From an uncultured delta proteobacterium (GTDB lineage Bacteria > Myxococcota_A > Polyangia > Polyangiales > JAFGIB01): a stretch of 64,000 nt of DNA. Positions 9,578-17,169 of the stretch are shown here, one piece after another; within the stretch, counting starts at the first letter, position 1, and the number at the start of each line of letters is the position of its first letter. The notes under the pieces were generated by a model. The model was not told the DNA's origin and made no database searches. It worked only from the letters and a program-made list of their open reading frames with translations. Location of the stretch: NCBI GenBank assembly GCA_963778655.1, contig CAVZVA010000009.1, forward strand, positions 640,001 to 704,000. The letters run 5' to 3'. Position numbers and translations under genes: made by a program.

Positions 9578-10453
9578 TCAAGCCAACTCGTCGACCATCC
9601 AGCGCAGACCCGCGCCGAAGGCTGAAGGAAAGACCGTTAGGTGATACTCGTTCGGGACCACCGCGGACTGCATGCGCAGCCCGTGCCGCGTGCGACCCCG
9701 GAGAGCCGCGATGAGCTCATGGAAGTTCTGCAGATGTCGCAGTTTCTCGAGCACCTCGTCGGAAAACCCTTCGTTGCGCCAGCCACCACCGGGCGCCTGC
9801 TCGTTCTCGCCGACGGCCAGGAACAGGCGAACCGGCAGCGCTTGATTCGCATCGCGTGACTCTCGCTCGTAGAGAAACACGACGCGCTCGTCCCACCACA
9901 GCGACGGACTGAGCAAGAGGTAACCGTCGAACAGCTCCGGGTCGTGAAACAGCGTATAGAGACCGAATAGCCCACCGAACGAGTGGCCGACGAGGATGCG
10001 AGCCGAAGGCGCGCTACCGAGTCGCGCTTCGACCGTCGGCATCACCTCCTCGTGGAGGGCGGCCAAGAACGACGCTGCTCCGCCGAAGGACAGCGGGGGT
10101 AGCTGGACCCCAACCGGTGCTCCGTGAGCTGTCGGCGTCAGGTCGAGCGCACGACGCGTCATGACCTCTCGGGGATCGCTCGTTTCGTAGCCGACGCCCG
10201 CGATCACCAGGTCGGGCCACGCGCCGCCCGCCATACGCGCGAAATCACCGAGGAACGCGGCTGTCGTGACCGCAGCCGAGAAGTTGAAGCTGAGATCGAG
10301 GAGATAGAGCAGGAGCGGGCTGCCGCGCCCGCCGCCGCACGGCCGTGCCGTCGACACGCGCAGGGTACGCTGCAGATGCCGAGACTCGAGCTGCAGCACG
10401 TCGATCTTCGGCCAGGAATGCGGGCTGGCGCTCTTGATGGCTGCGTTCGTCAT
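9578..10453 (-). CDS. Alpha/beta hydrolase (IroE-like esterase)
   Basis: GHSFGG nucleophile elbow, RALDLTP, SPSLWW; GGGAGG RBS before ATG 10453. Confidence 0.85.
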   Translation of the reverse strand: MTNAAIKSASPHSWPKIDVLQLESRHLQRTLRVSTARPCGGGRGSPLLLYLLDLSFNFSAAVTTAAFLGDFARMAGGAWPDLVIAGVGYETSDPREVMTRRALDLTPTAHGAPVGVQLPPLSFGGAASFLAALHEEVMPTVEARLGSAPSARILVGHSFGGLFGLYTLFHDPELFDGYLLLSPSLWWDERVVFLYERESRDANQALPVRLFLAVGENEQAPGGGWRNEGFSDEVLEKLRHLQNFHELIAALRGRTRHGLRMQSAVVPNEYHLTVFPSAFGAGLRWMVDELA

Positions 10454-10619
10454 GGCGACCTCCCGTGTCCTCCCCGCGCCGAACCCGGCGGCCGCGCGGC
10501 CGCAGCCTGATAGGGCGGCGCCGAGGCGCGTCGCCGTAGCGACCCACGCCAGCAGCTCCCTTCGCGACAGCGGACCGGCGTAGACGAATCGGGCCTGGAG
10601 CCGGTTCTCTCCCAGTCTG

Positions 10620-12171
10620 TCACCGCCGCCGCTCCAGCAGCGCACCGACCCCGGCGTTGTAATCCATGCGCTCGCCGTACCAGCGCGTGACGCCGGTGCG
10701 CGGGCCGATGTCGAGGCCGAGCTGGGTGTGCGCGGCGCGCAGGCCGCGACAACCCTCGCTCGCCTCCACGCCGGGGCTAGGCGGCACGTGCGGCACCGGC
10801 ATGCCGTCGGGACGGATGAAGCGCACGCCGGCAGCGGCGGTGCCCTCGATGCGGAAACCGTGCTCGTGCACGAAGCGGTGATGGCGGCGGCACAGCAGCA
10901 CCAGGTTATCGAGCTTGGTCTCGCCGCCGTCGGCCCAGTGGTGGATGTGGTGCGCGTCCACGAAGCGGCTGTTCGTGCAGCCCGGAAAGCGGCAGCCACC
11001 GTCGCGGGCGTCGAGCGCGCGGCGCATGGCCGGCGGGATCACGCGCGTCTTGCGGCCGACGTCGAGCGGCGTGCCATCTTCGCGCTCCACGATCGGCACC
11101 AGCCCGCCGTCGCAGCACAGCCGCCGCACCGTGGCCGGCGGCAAGCTCGGCCCGCCATCGAGATGGCTGCGCCCGTCCTGCAGCTCGTCGCGCAGCACCG
11201 CCTCGTCCACGTGCACGGTCACCAGGTGTCGGTCGCCAGCCGCGAGCGGCGCGCCGCCGCCGCCGCCCAGAAAGCTCTCGCACAGCAGCCCGAGCGCGTC
11301 GGCCTGGCGCGCAGGGTAGGGCTGCTTGGGCTCGTCGGGGGGCGGTGCCTCCGGAGGAGCGGACGATTCACATGAAGCGCGCTCGGCCTGGCCAGACGCG
11401 CCGCTGCCGGACGCCGCCGCGCCCGCAGGAGCGGACGCTTCACATGAAGCGTGCTCGGCCTGGCCAGACGTGCCGCCGCCGCCCGCCGGCGCTTCACGTG
11501 AAGCGTGCTCGGCCTGGCCAGACGTGCCGTCGCCGCCCGCCGGCGCTTCAGGTGAAGCGCGCTCGGCCTGACGCAACGCGTCCGAGGCCGCCTGCAGCGC
11601 CTTCATGACCAGCGCGCCCTGCTCGGGAGGCAGGCGGCCCTCGACCACGAGCGCGCCGCTCTCGTCCCAGTAGCAGCGCAGCCCGCGCTCGACGTGCAGC
11701 TCGTTGGCCTGGTCGAGCTCCTCGAGCCGACCCACGCGGCGGTACAGCCGCACCGTCTTCTCCACGTGCGAGACCGTGCCGTCCTCGGCGATGCGCAGCA
11801 GCAGCGCCTCGTTGTCGGGCGTGGCGATGCGGGTGAGGGCGCGCACCTTGCAATAGCTGATCACCCCGCGGCGCATGGCGTCGGCGAGCTTGGGCAGTGC
11901 CGGCAGCGCCTTGGCCACGCGCACCTTCTCGCGCGCAGCCACCAGGCCGATGCCGCACTTCCACTGCAGCCAGTGCGCGCATGAGGCGATGCCCCAACCC
12001 ACGTGCCCGCCCCGCCGCCGGAATTCCCTCCAGCAGCACCAGGAAGCGGTAGTTGCCCGCGTTCATGTGCGCGGCGAGCGTGGTCAGCTCCTGCTCGAGC
12101 GCATCGAGGGACGCCGGCCCCGCCTCCGAGCCGCCGCCACCCGCCCCAGGGTTTGGCTCACCGTCGAACAT
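10620..12171 (-). pseudogene. DUF222 / HNH endonuclease, frameshifted by one extra base near 12027
   Basis: SCAHWLQWKCG, ISYCKVRALTR, RRLCCD, LDVGRKTR, RDGGCRFPGC..DAHHIHHWADGGETKLDNLVLLCRRHH. Here GAATTCCCTCC, versus GAATTCCTCC in the second copy. Confidence 0.88.
11365..11570. repeat. In-frame tandem repeats with palindromic core GCTTCACGTGAAGC inside the DUF222 linker
   Basis: Cores at 11365, 11437, 11491 and 11545 (spacing 72, 54, 54 nt); peptide QAEHASREAPAGGxGTSG. Confidence 0.85.
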
Positions 12172-12460
12172 CTGGACTAATTACTGAACCAGATGTCAAC
12201 GCGAATTTGCAGCGATTTGCGCGGGCAGAGGTCGGTGCCCGACGCCGCGTCGCGCGGCTGAAAGTGCCCCGAGGCCGCGCCGCGCGGCTGAAAGCGCCTT
12301 GGCAGCTTGGGCTGCTGATGAGCGATTCCACATGCTGGCGGACACCGCCGCCCTGCCAAAACCAGGTGTGCTACTCGGGCTTGCTCACGCGGCCGGCACG
12401 TGGCGCTCTCGCGGGGGCCTTTGTCATACGTCGCAAAGCGCGCGCGCATGCCGTGTTCTC

Positions 12461-12877
12461 TCAGTGCACGAGCACGGCAAAGCGTCCGAATTGCGCGAAG
12501 TGCCGGTCGAACGCGATCGCCGCGTCGACGTGCAGGCGCTCGATCACGACGAAGCTCAGCGCGTCGCAAAGCGAATAGCCTTTGTCGGCATGGGCCCGCA
12601 GGAGCGCGGTCGCCTGAGTCTCGTCGTCCCGCGTCACGCGCTCGACGTGGCACAAGCCGGCATCGAGGTCACCCAGGAAGTTGAGCGCGAGGCTGCGCCC
12701 TTCACGAGCCCGGTTCACGAGCAGCGCGTGGGTCTCGAACACGACAGCGTTGGTGGTCGCGAGCCAGAAGCGCTCGGCGCGCGCCCGCTCGAACAGGCGG
12801 ACGGCCGCAGCGTGGTCCGCATCCTCGGCCACCAGATGCGCGAACCACGCCCCCGTGTCGACGAAGACCCGCTTCAC
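12461..12877 (-). CDS. vapC: PIN-domain VapC toxin
   Basis: VFVDTGAW, TTNAVVFET, YSLCDALSF, AFDRHF. Confidence 0.9.
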   Translation of the reverse strand: MKRVFVDTGAWFAHLVAEDADHAAAVRLFERARAERFWLATTNAVVFETHALLVNRAREGRSLALNFLGDLDAGLCHVERVTRDDETQATALLRAHADKGYSLCDALSFVVIERLHVDAAIAFDRHFAQFGRFAVLVH

Positions 12878-13110
12878 TTCTCGTCCGAGTAGATCTCGGC
12901 GAGGTGCTGGTACTTGTTGCGCGCCACGTCGACGTATGCGGAGTGCCCCGCCCCCGCACGCGCGATGAAGCGGTCCAGCGCCGCAAGCCGCTGCGCTTCG
13001 GCGTGGGGCTCTTCACTGCGAAGCTCCTGTTCGAGTGCTTCGACCAGACGCCGCCGCTCATCCGCCGACAGGGTCCGCGCTTGCTCCAAGATGGACTCGA
13101 TCGTTCGCAT
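12874..13110 (-). CDS. Putative antitoxin, translationally coupled to vapC
   Basis: 78 aa; GTGA overlap with vapC; C-terminal DVARNKYQHLAEIY resembles PIN-associated antitoxins. Confidence 0.7.
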   Translation of the reverse strand: MRTIESILEQARTLSADERRRLVEALEQELRSEEPHAEAQRLAALDRFIARAGAGHSAYVDVARNKYQHLAEIYSDEK

Positions 13111-13259
13111 GGCTCTCTGGCACTCTAGCGCGGCCGGGGCATCGACACCACGCGCGCGGCGACCCGAGGTGGCTGCTACGCATGTGCTACTTAGCATGCC
13201 GACGCTGCCGCTTTGTCCGCTGATTTCAACTGGTTATGCCCTTGGCTGGGGCATGGAGT

Positions 13260-13297
13260 ATCCTCGTGTCGATAGTTCGACTCTGTCTCTGGGCACC
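13260..13297 (+). pseudogene. tRNA-Phe 3' fragment (diverged att-like scar)
   Basis: ATCCTCGTGTCGATAGTTCGACTCTGTCTCTGGGCACC; T-arm GATAG-TTCGACT-CTGTC; similar to 16797-16833. Confidence 0.65.
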
Positions 13298-13360
13298 GCA
13301 GAAACCGCGCCGGTAACACCTCGCGTGCCCCTGCGGCGCAATGCGTCGGCCGGCGCCGCG

Positions 13361-14083
13361 GTCGAGCGCGGCCTGGCCAGACGCGCCGCCGTCGGCCGCG
13401 GCCGCTTCACGTGAAGCGTGCTCGGCCTGGCCAGACGTGCCGTCGCCGCCCGCCGGCGCTTCAGGTGAAGCGTGCTCGGCCTCGCGCAACGCGTCCGAGG
13501 CCGCCTGCAGCGCCTTCATGACCAGCGCGCCCTGCTCGGGAGGCAGGCGGCCCTCGACCACGAGCGCGCCGCTCTCGTCCCAGTAGCAGCGCAGCCCGCG
13601 CTCGGCGTGCTGCTCGTTGGCCTGGTCGAGCTCTTCGAGCCGGCCCACGCGGCGGTACAGCCGCACCGTCTTCTCCACGTGCGAGACCGTGCCGTCCTCG
13701 GCGATGGCCAGCAGCAGCGCCTCGTTCTCGGGCGTGGCGATGCGCGTCATCGCCCGCACCTTGCAGTAGCTGATCACCCCGCGCCGCATGGCGTCGGCCA
13801 GCTTGGGCAGCCCCGGCAGCGCCTTGGCCACGCGCACCTTCTCGCGCGCAGCCACCAGACCGATGCCGCACTTCCACTGCAGCCAGTGCGCGCATGAGGC
13901 GATGCCCCAACCCACGTGCCCGCCCCGCCGCCGGAATTCCTCCAGCAGCACCAGGAAGCGGTAGTTGCCCGCGTTCATGTGCGCGGCGAGCGTGGTCAGC
14001 TCCTGCTCGAGCGCATCGAGGGACGCCGGCCCCGCCTCCGAGCCGCCGCCACCCGCCCCAGGGTTTGGCTCACCGTCGAACAT
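13361..14083 (-). pseudogene. Second DUF222 copy: 5' intact, truncated inside the repeat linker, no HNH
   Basis: Near-identical to ~11450-12171; homology stops near 13365. Confidence 0.85.
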
Positions 14084-14216
14084 CTGGACTAATTACTGAA
14101 CCAGATGTCAACGCGAATTTGCAGCGATTTGCGCGGGCAGAGGTCGGTGCCCGACGCCGCGTCGCGCGGCTGAAAGCGGCTTGGCAGCTTGTGCCGGGTC
14201 GCTTGTGCCGGGTCGC

Positions 14217-14401
14217 TCATGCCGAGCGGCGAAGTGCAGGCAGATGATCATGTTGCTTCCCGAGGTTATCGATGTATCGAGGACCGTCCCCAGATCAGTC
14301 GTCATGCCGAGCGGCGAAGTGCAGGCAGATGATCATGTTGCTTCCCGAGGTTATCGATGTATCGAGGACCGTCCCCAGATCAGTCGTCCAGATCAGTCGT
14401 C
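14217..14401 (+). repeat. Exact 85-bp tandem duplication of the island repeat plus a short terminal duplication
   Basis: 14217-14301 equals 14302-14386; CCAGATCAGTCGTC then repeats. Confidence 0.9.
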
Positions 14402-14486
14402 TTACCCTTTAGGAGACGGGACCCGGCAGACGTTACGTGCCATTGTTCGTACGGTCGGAGACTTCCGTAAGTCCGCTCAACTTGAC

Positions 14487-14515
14487 GACGCACGCCCCCC
14501 GCGGGGGCGTGCGTC
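14487..14515. other. Perfect 13-bp GC hairpin; possible terminator or REP-like element
   Basis: GACGCACGCCCCC-CGC-GGGGGCGTGCGTC. Confidence 0.55.
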
Positions 14516-14551
14516 AGAGCAACCTAGGCGGGGGGACACTCGGGCGCGCGC

Positions 14552-14860
14552 CTACCGCCTGTCGGTAGCAAGCACATCAACACGCTCTGCAGCGATGGTC
14601 AGCTCCCCCTCCTGCAATCCCTCGAGGGCGATGGGCTTGTAGGCCGGGTCGGTCGAGTCGGGCGTCAGTACCACCCGCGAGTGCGTCCACGATCCCTCGC
14701 CGTCCGCCACCTTTTCGTTCTCGTAGACCTTCACGGTGTAGGTGCCGCCAAGGTCGGGGTCCTGGATGTCGCGGTGCTGTGCGAGCACGACCTTGCCTTG
14801 CCGGGTGCCGCCGGGGTTGAGCCACCAAAGGCACCACGCGCCGTTGGGGATGCGGCGCCG
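14552..14860 (-). pseudogene. Orphan C-terminal peptidase S24-like domain fragment
   Basis: RRIPNGAWCLW..PGGTRQGKVVLAQHRDIQDPDLGGTYTVKVY..VVLTPDSTDPAYKPI; no credible start codon. Confidence 0.6.
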
Positions 14861-15104
14861 CGGAGAAAGCGTGCTGGCAGATGATCGACGCGGCTGGAAC
14901 TTGGGCCTCGATATCCGCCGGGCAGGTTCCGGTGGCGTCGGTGGGTGGTCAAGCGCCGATCGCCATGGCAAGTCGGAGTGAGGCGCAGTTCCGAAAGGGG
15001 ATGCAATCGCCACGGAAAGCCTAACGCGGTCGGCTCCCGGTCTACCCGACCACCCTCAAGACTGGGGATCCGAGCTGTTCGCGCTGGCCGAGACGCCGCA
15101 CCGT

Positions 15105-15698
15105 TCAGTCGCTCAGTTGCTGTTCAAGGAGGTCGCTCAGATACTGCGCAAGGGCGTCGACATTAAAGTGTCCGTTGGCCCAGTGCTGATCTGCGTCCTG
15201 AAGCGCAGCGTAGTAGGGCGCGCGATCTTCGCGGATTCGCTCAGGCACGGTCTTGCTTCCAGGTAGCAATGCGCCGTGGCGCAGGCAGATCAGGTAGTAG
15301 CACGCGGCGCGCGCCGTCCGACCGTTGCCTTCGATGAATGGATGAATCCAGTTGAGTCGCCAAAGCGCATAGGCAGCCAGAAGCGTGGGGTGATCCATGA
15401 TGTCCCAGTTCTCATGAACGACCGAGATGAAACGGTCCATCAAGTTAGGGACGTCTTCGAAGTGAGGTGGTATATGGTTGCCGACGTATATCGGCTCCTC
15501 CCGAAACCGGCCGCCAAACTGGGCAATGTTCGACACCGCCACAGCATTGAGAGACCAGAGGGTGTACTTGTCGAAGGCTTCAATTCCCTTCGCTAGTCCA
15601 ATCTCTATGCAATTCGTTAGCAGATCGTACTGACGCAAGAGATTCTGCTCTTGAATGCGAGCGAACAACTCAGGATCAGTGGTCTCTCGAACCGCCAT
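15105..15698 (-). CDS. Fic family protein
   Basis: Canonical catalytic loop HPFIEGNGRTAR. Confidence 0.92.
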   Translation of the reverse strand: MAVRETTDPELFARIQEQNLLRQYDLLTNCIEIGLAKGIEAFDKYTLWSLNAVAVSNIAQFGGRFREEPIYVGNHIPPHFEDVPNLMDRFISVVHENWDIMDHPTLLAAYALWRLNWIHPFIEGNGRTARAACYYLICLRHGALLPGSKTVPERIREDRAPYYAALQDADQHWANGHFNVDALAQYLSDLLEQQLSD

Positions 15699-15717
15699 TT
15701 CGGTTTCCGGTCCGCGT

Positions 15718-15927
15718 CTATGAATGCTTCAGTTTTATGTGCTTTGAGGCATGGCGAACGGTTTCCTTCGTTATTCGGCTGTTCGCAGGAGCGTTGCCGA
15801 ATGCAAAACTCACTCGCTGTTCGTGAAGCTCCTCTTCGGAAACGTCCCGGTCCTTGGCGTGTGTGAGCAGTCTCTGCAGCTTCGAACTGATCTTGAGCGA
15901 TGTTTGAAATTGCTTGCGCGCGGGCAT
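15718..15927 (-). CDS. Small protein upstream of fic; putative antitoxin/partner
   Basis: 69 aa, 19 bp upstream of fic, shares its lower GC; motif EQRVSFAFGN. Confidence 0.65.
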   Translation of the reverse strand: MPARKQFQTSLKISSKLQRLLTHAKDRDVSEEELHEQRVSFAFGNAPANSRITKETVRHASKHIKLKHS

Positions 15928-16229
15928 TTCGAACGATCCTCGTTTGATTTCCTGTTCTTCGGGTCAGCGGACTGCGCTTGCGTTCAGTTGTTACGCGAAG
16001 ATGCAGCTCGGGTCAAGTTTATCCGGCGCGTCGGACACCGGCGCCAGGCGATCTCAGCGAGCCGCGTGCCAAATGTCAGGCGAATCGCGCACCTCCCCTA
16101 CAGCGCCGACCGGAGTTCGAATCGGCGCAGTCGATCGTCCGAGCAAGTGCCGGCGCGCGCGAAGGGGCCCTCGGGTCTCGCCGAGGCAGTGCCCTGGTTG
16201 ATCGGTCCGTGGACGGTACACGCTGCATC

Positions 16230-16324
16230 TCAGTGATCCAGCGCCAGCACGGCAACGCATCCGGAATGCGAAGCGTGTACGGCTCCTGCTCGGCCTGTGG
16301 GTCGAGCACGACGGGGAGGGTCAT
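16230..16324 (-). pseudogene. RelE/ParE toxin remnant with a large internal deletion
   Basis: Begins MTLPVVLDPQAEQE, jumps to PYTL, then VAVLALDH* in a shifted frame. Confidence 0.5.
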
Positions 16325-16334
16325 GAGCGCAGCC

Positions 16335-16556
16335 TCAGCGGGTGAAGATTCGCTCGCGCGCCTCAGGCCACGGGACGGTTTGCACCTCGCCGCGGTCGAT
16401 CGCCGCAAGCCGGCGCTTCGCTTCCTCGATCCAGGCCAGCTCAACCTGGTCAGCGGGCTCGCCGATGGTGTCGAGCAGCCGCAGGGCCAGCTCGGCGCGG
16501 TCCTGTTCGGAGAGCTGAAGGGCTTCGTCGAGTAGCCGCTGGGCTTGGCCGGACAT
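16335..16556 (-). CDS. Putative addiction module antitoxin component
   Basis: LLDEALQLSEQDRAELALRLLDTI..AWIEEAKRRLAAIDRGEVQTVPWPE. Confidence 0.85.
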   Translation of the reverse strand: MSGQAQRLLDEALQLSEQDRAELALRLLDTIGEPADQVELAWIEEAKRRLAAIDRGEVQTVPWPEARERIFTR

Positions 16557-16785
16557 GCCCTCAGTCTGCCACGGCTCGGGCCCGGTTGCAGCGGACCGGG
16601 CGGGCCCTTGCCCGAGCCGGGGGGTCGCAGCGCGCCCATTGCCGGGGGAGTCCCTACGCCTGCCCCGCTGCCCCTGCGCGCGTCTCGCTCGCCGTCTCGC
16701 TCGTTCGCTGTTGCAGATTCGCCGAAGTGCGGCGCGCGGCAAGCCGATTGGGGCCGGCTTTCGCGGAGTTGCCCACACGACGGGT

Positions 16786-16833
16786 GAGGACTGAAAATCC
16801 TCGTGTCGGCGGTTCGATTCCGCCACTGGGCAC
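16786..16833 (+). pseudogene. tRNA-Phe(GAA) 3' half (att-like scar)
   Basis: Anticodon arm GAGGA-CTGAAAA-TCCTC, T-arm GGCGG-TTCGATT-CCGCC, then CTGGGCAC. No D-arm or 5' acceptor strand. Confidence 0.85.
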
Positions 16834-16918
16834 TGCCATCCCGCGTTTTCGGCGGCGTTCAAAGCGCAACTCGACCTGTCAGCACGGCCTCGTCGAGCTG
16901 GTAGTCGTCGCCGAGCTG

Positions 16919-16982
16919 GATCACCTGTCAGCGCGTTTTCCGACGGCGCGTTTTCCGACGCCTTCCGCCGCAACCGCGACAG
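16919..16982 (-). repeat. Diverged inverted copy of the island repeat with an internal 15-bp duplication
   Basis: Reverse complement reads CTGTCGCGGTTGCGGCGGAAGGCGTCGGAAAACGCG[dup]CTGACAGGTGATC; compare 5717-5764. Confidence 0.7.
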
Positions 16983-17169
16983 CGAACGGCAGAGACACAG
17001 GCCATGGGCGCTGCGGCCAAGCGCAATTCCACGCGCCGCAAATGTCCGCGCCCGCTGCGGGCCGAGTCTAATGCCCTGCTCTGGTTCGGCGCCCGCCACT
17101 ACCATCCCTGTCCGTGACCAGGACGGCGCCGTCCACGCATCCAGGATCCGCCATCACGCCATCAAGCCA

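Noticed and set aside
11365..14401. CRISPR array interpretation of the palindromic 54-nt units or the 85-bp repeats
   Set aside because: The intervening sequences are similar or identical rather than unique spacers. The 54-nt units are in-frame coding, and no cas genes are present.
14960..15040. c-di-GMP-I riboswitch-like string (GGCAA...GAAAGGGGATGCAA..GCCACGG..CCTAA)
   Set aside because: The resemblance is loose, the stems do not fit the consensus, and there is no downstream + strand gene. An Infernal search would settle it.
16786..16833. Functional tRNA-Phe gene
   Set aside because: It lacks the 5' acceptor strand and D-arm; reported as a fragment instead.
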